Shown piece by piece: positions 33,409 through 47,601 of a stretch of 64,000 nucleotides of DNA. A program made the position numbers and the translations under genes. Position 1 is the stretch's first letter, and the number at the start of each line of letters is the position of its first letter. A model generated the notes under the pieces. That model was not told the origin of the DNA and searched no databases. It saw nothing but the letters and a program-made list of their open reading frames with translations. This stretch comes from Tubiluchus corallicola (Eukaryota; Animalia; Priapulida): positions 62,001 to 126,000 of the forward strand of contig JAQGDQ010000553.1 of assembly GCA_030141605.1 (NCBI GenBank), given 5' to 3'.

Positions 33409-36081
33409 AAATGCTTAGAATGGCCTGTATAAATTGTTTAATAATTTTCATCTTCTTTTTCCTAATCCACACAAAAAGGTCTAATTGACAAAGACAATGC
33501 TGGCAATTGCGTGTCGTAATTGAACATAATTAGTTTAATTATTACTAATATACAGGTAGACAGATAAAATTCAATCTAAATCATTTAGATACAACACAGA
33601 ATTAATCATTATATACAAAACATACTAAAATGTACATTATATTTTGTAAACATCAAATTTAACCAACGACAATAGTCTTGCAGGTATTATTGTACACAAC
33701 ATCAAAGAAGGTAGGTAAATTCTTGTAACGTTCTCTAAACTTTACTGACAACCATTAATTTTTTGTTATTTACGATGATTCAAGTTTAACAACCATAAAC
33801 GCATACTGTAACGATAACAACAAAAAGCATTCACCTATTTACATACATGTAATTCTATACCTGCAACACATACAAAGAAAATACAAGCTCAGCAAAATTT
33901 GAACGCAGATAAATTGACTAAGCAATACAAATAAAGCAGCACAAATAATTTTAATTAACCAACTGCAATTACTTTTAGCATACGCAAATGGGCAGGTGCA
34001 AAATACCCTTTTTGTAACTACCAAAGATGCTGATATTATTATATATTATCAAACAAGTTTTGGCAGGGTATAACCAAAGTCAAACCAACTGGCGAAATGT
34101 AAGTATCTGTCGTAACTTTTTCCATTAATTGCGAAAAAAACAATTTGAGTTTTAAACTTAGGTATTTTGGTTAAAAAATCAAGCAAAAAAACAGCCTGAG
34201 TAAAGATTAAGCTCCCTTTGCCAAACTGTCTCAATACTCTAAACAGTAAACTCTACAATGTCATTTTGCTAATTGTTTTATTACAAAGTTAAGCAATAAC
34301 GAGTGACCTTAACGATTTGATGTTTTGATTACGATGTTCGTAATTTTGTTGTAATACCTCTGCGGCATAACAGCTATACAGTTACAATAGTATCTAAATA
34401 GTAATACGTACAAGACTGGTGCTATCTTGTAATTCATAACGAAAATCACGATGTCCTTTTATGTACAAGATACTATGCTATAAAGTTGTTATTAAAACTT
34501 ACAAGATATTATACAGAACAGACATTCTAACTTTACCATGGGTAGATAAATATTTACAAAACTACATAAACAAAATTTCTAAGTTCATGGCAAAATTACA
34601 ACCATTAATTCACGTAGTGCAGATATGATCCTCACAGCACATTTAAAACATTACTAAAAATGCAAGTCAAAGACATTAAACAAAGCATCTTCCAGCAAGA
34701 AGACAATAACTAAATATATTAACTGCAACTGTAATGCCGCAAATAAATTGCGATTAACATTACTGACATAATATAGGTACAGATTAACATTTATATACCG
34801 GTCATAAAACAAATATGTTGTAAGACTTATACAACACAGTCTCATAACTACATTTTTACCTCACCTAAAGGCAACACAACAGCTAAAAATGAGCAAATTT
34901 ATAAACACATTCTAACATTTCCACAAATTAGCTGACATATCAACATAAAACACCTGTTATAAATTATAACATCGAATGCACTTACTATAATGCCCGATTC
35001 GACAAGATTATTTTTATTCTTCCAAATGAGAATCAATGCTAGGACGAAAAATGTGCAAAACGACATAATTAAACTACTGTAACTAAAAACGAAAACGTCT
35101 TATTGACTAAACAACATAAATGCCGCTCTTTGCCACACTCACAAAAGCACTTAAATGTTAACACTCTAGCAAAGCTCTTTGTGCAGTTTCTAACTTCAAT
35201 ATCCCTGCACAGAATGACAAAGTATTGATAACATTAAGAAATACATAAAATCATTTGACGAACAAAACTAACTGTAAGATCTACTCCCACATATTGATTA
35301 CTAACATATATATATATATATGTAGTGGAAATTAAACATACACAACTCACTTAATGCAAAGATATATAAGATTTGCAAAAAAAGGCTAATTAAGAAGTAC
35401 TTGATTTCAGCTGCATAAACCCAGTTGAAAAACTACAAAATGACGGTTCAACAAGAGTGTGCAAAACACAAACTAAATTTAAACTGCAGCACGTGCAAGT
35501 ATAGATTTAAAACAACTCTTTTGCTTTTTGATTTTTTTAAACAAAACAAAATTTCAATGGCTGCAAATCACTTAACAAATAAGCAATTATTATCATTTGA
35601 CATTGAGCTAACATGCCTGGCAGTATCTACATTTATTTACATTGTGACTACGTTTAATGTGATTGTGCAAGGTCACTGGGCTCATATTATTACAAAATTT
35701 TCATGTTAAGAGACACCAGGGTTTATGCTACATTATGATTTCTCATTATAAATTTCTTCTGTTTAAATGCAACTGTCAAGAGATTATACATAAATCATCT
35801 TTATTTCATACATAAATAAACTAGGAATACCTTTGTGAATTAATAATATCTAAAAAACTTCAGTAATGATTGGAGTATTTCACAGTTAACCACAACCAAT
35901 TTAACATATTAAGCAAATAAATGAAATAGTTATGTAATTTATATTGATAAAAAGAATATAAAGAAATACACTTTTTAGAATCATCTAAAACAACTTGAAA
36001 AATTGATAAATAACATCATGATACAGTACATAACAGGGACCTACCTAACCAGAAGTAAAACTTTGACACAAGAGGGAGCAT

Positions 36082-39000
36082 TTAACTTTGTGTAACTTGT
36101 CGCTTCTTCAGTGGTATCTTAGGTTTCACTGGTACATCCGGTTTAACAGAAAGTTTTGGCTTTGCAGCGACTTTTGGTTTGTAACCACCTTCAACGGGCA
36201 CACTGACGGGGTTGGAAGATTTTGTTGGCGACCTCACCGCCTTCCCCAAGTCCAAATCTTGACCTGGTTTGACACCGATGTTTGATTTTACCGGTTTGCT
36301 CCGGCCTGGCGGCCCTTTATTTACCATGCTAACTGGTTTAACCGCAGGTTCGTTTACCAACTGAAGCCGTGGTTTGGCCGTTTTTTTTAAGCCAGCGCCG
36401 CTCTCTGTAGTAAGGATGGGTGCTTTGTTTGCTCTGCCAGCAGGTTTCACAGCATTCTCAGTACTTACAACTTTCGCCTTACCACGGACAATGTTAGAAC
36501 TTTGGGTTGGAATGATAGTTTCAGATTTAGAGACCCTAGCTGGTTTCGGTGGCACTTTCTTCCTGCCGTCGCTGCTCGACTTTACTGGAGATGTTGCTTC
36601 GGGTGAATGCAATGGTGATACAACTTTGCCACTTCTAGAAACATTTCTCGAATTCTTTGTACCAACACCAGGTTTGGAACTAGATACATCTCCTACGGCA
36701 ACAGCTTCAAGTTGATTTTTTGTAGTAGTGGTTCTTTCCTCTGCTCTAAGGCCACCCACATTCTTCTGAACTCTTTTGTCTTTGCTACTCGAATCTTCCT
36801 TATGAATTGGGACATTTACATCGTTTTCCATTTTAAAATGCCCCTTACCAGTTAGCGGTATACAATCACTGGTGAAATCAACACTGCCATCATTAAGACG
36901 TCTCTCACTTACCAACTTGTCAACTGAATCTAGTGCTTCCTCGTGAATTACAAGCTTTTCAGCCAGTTTGTCAAGTTCTTTAAAAACATCCACTTCAGGT
37001 TCAGCTTGAATGCCATTCTCTGCATCCACTTGTGCTTTAACAACCCGATGCGCTTCGCCAGATGTTTCACCCATTGATGTTGATGCCATGTTCAAAGAAT
37101 ATGCAGACACGTAGTTGACGCACTCGGGCGGTACAACTACATCGACGTTATTGCAGGTAGAATCTGTCTGGCTCACATCATCGAATACAGGTTTGCGAGC
37201 AACAGGTGCTACAACTTCGTCGAGATCGACAAAATCGTCATCAGCAAATGGAACATCACTGTCCACTGGAGAAACTTTAACAGGAGCAGTAGCACTTTTC
37301 ATCACCTTATAATCTAAACTAGACACATGCGACGGCAGATTTTCCACACTGGCTAAATTGTCCTCTTTACCAACAGATGACTGCTCTTTCTTACTTGACT
37401 CTGGGCTTTTTGTACCTGGACTGTATGAGATACTAGTTTTCTTCACACTTATGTCTTCATTACGTCCCTTGACATCAGTCAACGGTTCTGTTTTTACCAA
37501 TGATATGTCGACTACAAACGAATCTTCGGTAGAAGAAGCACGCTTTTTAGACTCTTTAGATGTAGACTTTGCTATCATTATTGGATCAGAAGTTATACAC
37601 GTGACTTCGGTTTGTTCAACTTTTGCAGATGGTACACTGTCAACTGGGGAATTACTATGCACACTGTCAGGCATGTTCTTTTCAGGATTAACACAAACAG
37701 AATCATTATTCTGATCAGAGTCATCTATTTTTTCCAAAGAAGCAGCAGGAACAAACCGTATTGAACTCGGTGACGAAGAAGAACTAAATGACGAACTTAC
37801 CGACGACAACGATGAGCTATGTTGAGAATTCAATGACCTCACTGGCGATGCTTCTCTATTAGAAGAAAACTTAGTTGTCCAAACTTTAACACCAGTGTTT
37901 GTAGGTTGTGTCAATCCCTGACCAGGATTAGATGAATTTATAGAAGCAGGCGAATGAAACGTATCCGGCGATGGATATGACTTGACAGATCTATGAGCGA
38001 TCTCTGCCCGAGATTCTGTATTTTTAGTTGAGGTAGATTGTGGGGTTAGGTCGCTGTGTATTTCAGTATGATTAGCACTGGGCACATCATAGACGTCGTG
38101 CTGAGACATATCAGGTGGTCGTGCTGGCAACAATCCCTCACGCGATATGCGAACATTGGAATGTCTAAGTCTGTACGAGTCGCAAGACCTCACCGGAGAC
38201 GATTCTTGAAAAGGAGAACTTGAAGCCCTTCTGAGTGGCACCTCTGTGTTCAAAGGATAATTAGAAGCATTTACTGGTGACAAGACTCGATTTGGAGGCG
38301 AAACCGAGGAAATTACAGGTGAAACGCCTCGACAAATGGGAGAACCAGCAGAATTGGCAGGAGAAGCACCACGATTCAATGGAGATTCTCTAGCCGCATA
38401 TGGAACCGGGTGAGTTGTTCTTACAATAGTCATGCCTACGCTTTTAGGATACTCTTCATCTGTGCTGCTACTCCCTTCCCTGTTTCTACGAAAGTCGGGT
38501 GAACGTTTTGGCGACACTTCCCGGAAGGGAGAATTTGAAGCTCTCACGATGGAAATGCCAGAATTTTTAGGACGACTGGCAGATCTATCAGGTGAATGAT
38601 TCTTCCATGACAATGAGGTTGGATCAAACATCTTGTCGGAGCTTGAACTAGCTGACGATAGTGGTCGTGCACCTGCAACAATATGTGAATGTGATCCTCT
38701 ATTACTCTGTGCCTTTCCAGGTGATTTAGTAGATGATGCAGCAGACACAAAACCAGTTGTTACATTTTCTACGGGTGAAAGAGAGCCAGCTGGAGAAATA
38801 GCACGAATAGATGCGACCTTCGTAGGTTTTACTGGTGATATGACTGTATTGAGTGGGGAATGAGAGCCCATGGAACCTATTGAACTTGTCGACTGATGCA
38901 GCAATAAATCTGACGAACTTCCAGTGACACAATGAACAGGAAGATTGGGTGATATCACAGGTGATGTTGTTTGTGCTGTCGGGGAAGTTGTGAGCCGCCT

Positions 39001-42000
39001 AGGAAATGTTGCCGGACGAAACTCCGAATCTGGACTCGCCGGATTCGAGCCTGAATCGTCTACACTCATCTTCGCTGATTTTACTGGAGACTCGCCCGAA
39101 TTTGCCGATGATGTGCTGGGTGATATTGCGGTCGTCGAGCGAGTCGGTGTAGTCCCAAACTTGGTGAGCTTCACCGGAGATGTTTTGCCTTTCAGCGAAG
39201 AGAACATCGAAGGTTTCTGAGGCTTTTTATTTGGGGATTTGTTCAATTTTAGGGGAGATATTGGTGGCTTGCCACGTGGAGCAGACGTAACCGCATTTGG
39301 CGCTGAATCAACAGCAGTGGTGTAGCTTCCCTTTTCACGTTCTTGCATTAACCGACGCTTGGCTACCTGTAACTGATGCTCTTTTTCCATGTCTCGTTCA
39401 GTTATCTTCAGCCTTAAGCTCTGTGAAAATAACGATAACAAAAGTTACGAAATGCATCAATGAGAACAACATGAAGATTTTGACATTTCCGAGACATCAA
39501 CATGTATGTTTCAAAATGCGCATGTTTTCACTAATGTGTTGAAGTATACAACATATCGTGCAAGCTATCCTAAGGTTTAATAACTCAACAAAGACAACAG
39601 TTGTTAATAACAACATGGTACCTGATTGCTTTTATTTAGGTGTAATGTGGCATTATCACCGGAGCAATTACCGAACTGGTAACTTAATTGCACACCTTCA
39701 GATGGGACATAACAAAAATTTATCAGTATGTCTATGTTTATATGTGTATACAGTCTGTAGGTCTTATTTATTAGAGAACCAATGGAAGATATCTTCAAAA
39801 ATACAATGCTTCTGGAGCAATGATCTAAAAGAAACTGCTCAGCAGGGCCTTCAGTTAATAATGATTTATAACTTATATTGTCATGCAAACAGTGCGACAC
39901 GAAACTTACCGGGTAATTAAAAAAATTTATGAGCACTAAAGAAATGAAAAACATCATCCATCGTGCTACAAATTAAAAAGTAAATTGACTTATCAAGCCA
40001 AAAAACTAATATCATTTAGAAAATGACACAACCATAGATATTATACAGTAGGCTTTGCTTAATAAATGCATTCTGGGATGGAAGTGTTTTGACCCGAATA
40101 AATCGACAGGATCTATTAGCCAACGGGTGTAGTATATTACTACTATATGAGTCATCACTCATCAATTTTAAAAAACAAATTAATGTCAGAATTCCTATGT
40201 GCAATTATTTAAGGATACTAAATTATATAAGTGAATTGAAAAAACGGATACACAAATGTGATTATTACCATTACAAATTACAAACATTCGCACAAAGTCG
40301 GGTGCTTCATCTCTTCAAGAAGAGGTTGGTTCATGAAAATGTTGAAAATCTGTTGCTACATGCTGCACATATTCACTAGTGCTTGAGCTGCAGTTGGTGA
40401 TGACCGTGTTTCCGCTGTGAAAAGCAGTGGGAGCTTCAAAAGCAAATCGCTGGGCAAGTGATCAAATGTTTAGCTTCCAGAAACAACAAGGTTAACTGCA
40501 GCAGACAATCTCCGGATGAGCGAGCATTTCAAAGCGAAACTGCTAAGCCAGCAAATTAGCGCATATTGATAAACGTACCTGCTTACAAACAACTTACTTA
40601 ACACGACTGTTACTAGGTGTATTGTAGTGCACAAAAGCTACGTAAAGAGACATAAAAGCAACAGAAGCTCTTTGGTCGAACACAAGTGTCTTATTTTAAG
40701 TACGTGAAGGGAAAATATTGAGTCAGTTATGCATGGTTATTTGAGTCAACCGCCTAGGTTTTTATACATATTTGAATAGGACATTTTTGAGCCAATTCAG
40801 CGATTAATTCTATTAACTGTAAGTCTAATAAATCGTGCCTACTGTATAAATAAATGATCAAGTTCAGCTTGTAGTTTTACAGTATCATTACCAATTTGCT
40901 GTAATTATGCATCTCAATTATTTACAAAAAATTTTACCTCGTACACCAGAAAGTCCTCCTGCATTATGTCCAATTCTAAGTTGCGCAACCGCTGTAGCGT
41001 TTCATCTATATCCAGACACTGCCTCAGCTGATCGGGTCGTCCAAGTGTAGATTTTAGCAGCACAAGTCCAACTCGAAACATTACTTTAACACCTGGAAAA
41101 TATACCAGGCACAAACATGCGAAACTTGCTGTTATTTAATAAGTTTTTCTGAATGGCAGTCAGAATTAACAAACTCAAAGGGCAAGCAAATTTAACATAT
41201 TAAAAGAGTGTACAAGTTTGTGAAGTTGCCACGTAGATTTCGCAATGATTTTAATAATAATAACATAAGTTTTTGTATATTAGGCTGTGTTCATCTAGCG
41301 GTAAATTTGATATTTGGAGTAAATGTAATTCTTTTTATTTTGCTAAAATTAACATGTTTTTCCATCATTGTTATGTTCCATTTTTATCTTACCCCTCACT
41401 ATAAATTCGTACAAAGGTCATATTCACCCAAAATTAAATATCTAGAAAACAACTCAAATAATTTAATCTACAGCCAAGGAAAAAGAGTGAAATTGCACCA
41501 TATTGAAATACCCGTCGGCTCTCATCAATCTATCAGCCGACACATGGCAAATTCCTATCCTACTATTAGACTACCGGGCAGTCGCGCTAAAGAGTAACCA
41601 CAGAATGGAAAACACAGCTTTGGCAAAAATAGCAATTACACAATGCATAAGGGGTCCTAGGTTGGGTGACCAAGTGGTTTAGATTTCGGACTGCAACCAT
41701 GCAGTCTTGAGTTCAAGTCTAGCGGCTGACAGAGTCAGGGCATAGACCTTACATGTTATTCATTGTTTGTGTATTACGTCCTTATCTGTATTGTTGTAAG
41801 TGTAAGTCACTAAATAACTGATAGTGGATAATGTTGTCTATTAAAGAAATTATATCATATATACAAACAAACAGTATAACTGTGCAATAACACTGACCAT
41901 TATGTTTCGCAATATTTTTGTCTTTCGGTTCGCATACATTACGCCACATAAATGAAAGATTGTGCAACCGTCAATATCGCATACAGGCACTCAATACTAC

Positions 42001-45000
42001 TGCGCGAAATTCAGTACCATACAATCAGTTATACTGTGTGTGTATGCTGCTTAGGTTCCAGCTACAAAACTTTTACAATGTGCAATTTGTCCACCATATA
42101 TAGTGCACTAGTAATGACTGTCTCCACTATACAAATATGAAAAATCACTTTCTTAATGTAGTACCATTTTTCCCCAGCAGATGTCACACTAGTAGGCACT
42201 AAAAATATGTTGGTAAGCAAGAGTCAGCACACAACAAGAACAGAAACTAATGTTTAATGAAAGTAACAATTCATTAAGCGCACCTTCGCAAAAGAACATG
42301 TCCCAAACACGTAACACTGATGCCCATGGAAGTGTTCGACTAAATATGCACATGAACCATTCAGTCATGACCAGTATCGGCTCAATTCTCAAATTTTTCT
42401 ACAAACAAATGTTTGTACAATTACACTTCATAACAAATATTGTACTACATCTATTTGACACATAATGCAGCACCTGCTACAGCTTTGAATATTCGTAGGA
42501 ACACAGTTATTGTTTGCGACTAAAAGCAAATACAGTACATTCTGTTAGATGCGCTGAAAAAAGACTGGAGTGATAATATTAGAAGCCATGACTTATTTCC
42601 AACACTACAACACTAAGTTAAAGCTGAAATTTAAAAATCAAACAAATTGCTTTACATTGTAACTCCATTAAATCAATATTCCTGGCAATAAAGAAGTAGG
42701 TTTTGTCTCGCTGATTCGTGTAAACCTACTAGACAATTAAGAGACAGCACAAATGAAGCGAGCTAACATAATTACTCAACGTGAGTAAGGAAAAATCCTA
42801 GTATAAACTACCAGAAATCTACAGTTCTGTCTCCATAATGATAAAGCACTCTAAGGTATCTCTTTTAACAAAAATTTGTGAAAAAAGCAGCAGTTGTTAC
42901 CAAATGTTTTGAAGTCAGTGGAGCTACAATCTTCAATAGTCCAAACAATATGTCACCATCCACCTGGATTTGTTCCTGTAAAAAGTATTTAATCACATCA
43001 AAAAGCTATTAAAACTAATCAAATAGGAATTAAATATAAGTAAGGATCTATGTAAAAAAACAATATTCTTTGGTGCCAAAAAAAGTCAAGGCTGCTCGGT
43101 TACAGCATGCAAACTGTAGCATAAATGGCCATTTTTCTGCTTCATAGAAGTTTTAAAAACATCATACTTGTCAAAAAAAAACTTTGTTAAATTTCCGAAA
43201 AGAAACTATCTGGCAACCATGCTGAGAGATGGTACCATCTGAAAGTTTTACACTTTAATTGAGCCTGGCAGATTTACCAGATTGCAATTTCAAAGATCTC
43301 TTCAAAATTCCATTGCAAGTTTCAAAGCTCTTGACTTGCAGCAAATCTCACTAGAATCTCAGGTTTCTCAAAATGTTACCAACACAATGATATGCTCTAA
43401 TCATTCTTACAAAGTATGTGTGAAATTAATTCCAATACTTTGCACACAATCATTTCAATCAATCGATCGAGTTCACTAATATGACATCATTACTGCTCAC
43501 CAATCCTGTGCTAAAGTAACCAGGAACGTATTTATCACAGATAGAAACGAGGCACCAGAATGCCTGCTCGGCGGGCATGTGCATGAGCAGCACTGCAGCT
43601 ATTGGTGCCATCGCTTGGCAGTAACCGTCAACTGGATTGTGTATGGAATAAGCTTTCAGAACTCGAAACAAATCCTCTTGCCTAAAAAAACAATTAGTTA
43701 TCATCATTCTTAAATAACATGGCAGTCATCAATTGATAATAACAGTAATAACAATAATTTCTTTTATAACATAGTCCAAGGATAACACCTTAAGTAACTT
43801 AAAACTTATTGCCACGGTGGTCCCGATTATTATTACCCGCATGTTACTTCGATAAACCCACGTGCTTTTTTAAGTCTTCAATATGACTCCGTCAGGAGTT
43901 GAGCCACAGACCTCACGGGTGGGAAGCGAGCACAATACCATTGAGCTATGCCAACTGGTCTGGTAACTACTTACATATAGTTGCTAACTACTTATGTATA
44001 GTTGCTTCACGAAAAGCTCAATCAGAAATATCGTCTCACACACACCACGTCACATATAGCAATGCGCGTTGAAAATTTAAAGAGTAGCAACAGCTGTTTC
44101 TCATAGTGAAAAACATTATTAGTTTAATATCTAGGCAGCTCATATGGTTTTTTAATAATGGTTAATTGCATATTTTTTACCAGTAGGTTGTGATGATCTA
44201 TGATCTACCTATCTATGATCTATGTACAAAATTAATATAGGATTGTAATGGTTAAATTTAAATGTTAAGCAAGATTAAACAACAAAGTAGTTTTGTGAGT
44301 TTGTATGCATACCTGTCGGAGAAAAATATCTAAGTGGGCACAAAAGGACTAATATTGAATCTTTTTCAATTCATTTTTAAGTATTACAAGTTTCAATCTT
44401 TATGAGTTACTACAAGTAACCTATATGTTATAATGCTGATATAAAAAAACCTTATCCTTACTAAACAGAATATACACTAAATCTTATTCTCTTTTCTAAA
44501 TGCGAGAGAATTTAATTGAGTGTTGCAATAGTCATTGTGTATTAGCCAAGTTTAAAAAACGTATAGTGTTACAGTAATTTATGGAAGTTGCAGAACTATG
44601 CTGACTCACAACAATGCTTTACATCATCTATCCATGAACAACTTGCCAATGAAACTGCCAAATTCAATAATCTGCAGCGTTTAGGTTGTGACATACAATG
44701 GATCAGATCACACAAACACTAACTCTTCTTAATTTGGAAAACACTGAGGACTCTGATGCTACTAATCCGGTTTGCTTAGTGACAATATCGCAAAACACAA
44801 ATCAAATTCAAACAGTCATATAATATAAGGCTACAATAACCCGAGACCAACATATAGCTGAGGTTATAGAAAAGCATTAGTTGCAATAATGATGCCTTAG
44901 AGCAAGCAATTCAATTTCTCTTATCACTTTGAGTAATCTACACAGTAACCAGACAGCTTTGCTAGGCTCCAAACCGAAGCTTCTTGGTACTGGTTTCTCT

Positions 45001-47566
45001 CAACAAACTGCCAGCATTTCTCTTACCCATGTCCTCCGCGAGCTGCAAACATTTCATGGAATGGAAACTGTCGATCGAGGTCCTTTTCAATGTCATCCAC
45101 CCACTTGGGATTCCCAGGCTGTGAAGCCAGTTTCTGTAAACAAAGAATAAACAAAGTTTAGTGACAAAGTGATGCAGCTGTTAAACAAAACAAAACATGA
45201 TATATCCGAAATTAAATTACTTATATTGGCGATTTTCCCATCAGCTGATGCACAGAAATTTTACAAATAAGCTCTGCAGGGACCATCGCAAAATTGATCA
45301 ATGAAAATGAAGATGTATGAAACTACACTTCAGCTGCTAAATAATCAGCTCTTTAACAAGAAAAATATCAAAATAAACTCCACATCTTAAAATTCAGCTT
45401 ATAAATCTTGTCATAAGGAAATTTCTACACTTCTGAGTGGCTAAAATGCAGGATTAAATTTTGCAGTACAACAGTCATACAAGACTTCTGTTAGACGATT
45501 TTTCTAAACTTTGGTGAATTTTTGATTGGTTAATTGTATAATACATGTGGTTAAATGTGTCTGATGCCATTGATGGGGTATTAACTGTAATCCAAGCTTG
45601 CAATTGGTCAAAATGTGAAGCAACTTAGCAACAGTTACTGTGTGAGTGTATTAGTAAAGTTGCCATGTACACTTCAGACACAAGTTAAAATATTTTTATT
45701 CTTCCTGTATTTACAACATAGACAGTTTATGAGTGATAGTGTTTTCACCTGGAATTTGTTGGGATTCATAGCCATCATGTACTTTGCTCCACATAAATAC
45801 TGCCACGCTCTCGGTCTTATTGAAGCCGGAATACCTTTACGACACCGTTCACGAACCTGGCAAAAAACACAAACCATTTTAATTGTTATAATCTTGGATC
45901 AAGATAATTACTAATGACGGTATAACCCGCGACTAAACTTTGAAAAACAAGAAGTGTTATGACATCTGCCTTGCAGGCAGAAGATTCAAATACAGGGTGC
46001 CCCAATTTTTTCATGTTCTCTGTCTTTCTTTAAGATTTAGTTTCAACATTAAGTTAACTGACGCTTTATAACTACATATCACGAACCATTTAAAAGTAAA
46101 TCAAATGATTAAAAGAAAATCCAGATGGCAAATCAAGCAAGCAAAAAAAATAAATTTTATTGATTACTAAATTAGAACTTGCAATATATTTAACATCTAG
46201 GTCCATATTTCTTTGGATAAGGCATTCTTGCATAAAACTTTAATGAAATTGTAATTTTGCAATAATGATCACATAGTAACAAGTTAAATACAAACGTAAA
46301 TGCAATACAATACAATATTGACAACTTAAACAAATCAATTATTGATTATTTTTGTCAAACATCGTCCTAAACAAGACAGACACCAGTAAGCAACTACAAC
46401 ATGAGGAGAAAAATGTACATCTGCAAAAAGAAGTATATCTATCAATAAATGATGATGACTATATGACCTTTAATAAATAAAGGCTACACAGTGTAATGGA
46501 ATTCATGGATGAATGAGGTTTTTGTGTGGAAACTACGAAGGTGGTCCTGGTGAAGATACTGCACAGACTGACAAATGACCTCAAGCTATAGTCAAGCATT
46601 GGTAGCATATATAATGATGTTCTGCACTAAATATGCACGTATGATGTTTGTCATGGCATGGAGACGTAAATAAAAATGAGCACATTATCCAAAAGAGATG
46701 TGTACATGGTACAAAACCAGTTACAGTGCAGACACTGCTCAACGAAACAGATTAGTTAAACTTTAAAAATCATTCTCAACACAACTCACTGTAGTCATGC
46801 TAGAACCTCTGCACTTTAAAAATGATAAGAATAGACACTCAAGAAGCAAATATAAAATTCTAAAATGATTCTCGATATATTTTCACAAATCAGAAAGTAA
46901 ATATTAAATTCTAAAATTATTTTCAAAATATTGTTACGAATCAGTATACTTGAGATTTTATACAAGGCGATTTAATATAAATAATAAAATTTATAAAAGT
47001 AGTAAAACTTTGTCAAATCAACCGATTTCCGACAAACAAAAGTTCTGAACCAGATTGAGCACATACATCAGCATCGCTCTTCTTACGTATTACGCTCTGC
47101 GTAGTATTTTTGCTCGATTGCATAAAACAGATGAAATAAAAACAAACCGTCTGAATGTTTTCACATAGTTGCGCACCTTTTTGTACTTTTTGCACATGTA
47201 ACCGTCCCAGTTTTCCAGCATATGAAGCCATTTCCTCTCTCGTCTGCGTATCACATCAACTGAAACGTTAGCTTCACTGAAAACATACAAAAAATCCAAT
47301 AAAAGCACACTGACTGGAAGAGGTGCTTACACAGACGTAAAGCTAATAAATTTGCCCGTTTCAAGATGAAAATTTTGGAAAATTATTAACATGCCAGCGC
47401 TAATAAACAGCACATCTGGCTAACTAATAACAGCTGCTAATTTTCCTTTGTGGGCATTATAACTTAATTTGCATATATAACTATTTATCTACCTTACAAG
47501 GTACATAGCGAATTTGTCACAAAAAATTACATGAAAAATAAAAAAGAACAATGTTAACAATGTTTA

Positions 47567-47601
<35 letters not shown>

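Noticed and set aside
40380-40580. GC-richer patch with AG|GT as an alternative last exon of TBC1D10
   Set aside because: It gives only 11 codons before a stop, the acceptor is weak, and there is no other support.
42399-42425. Intronic minus-strand 'YKHL' resembling the TBC1D10 sequence before KNLRIEP
   Set aside because: It is out of frame. The real segment ([25 protein letters not shown]) is the 42975-42901 exon.
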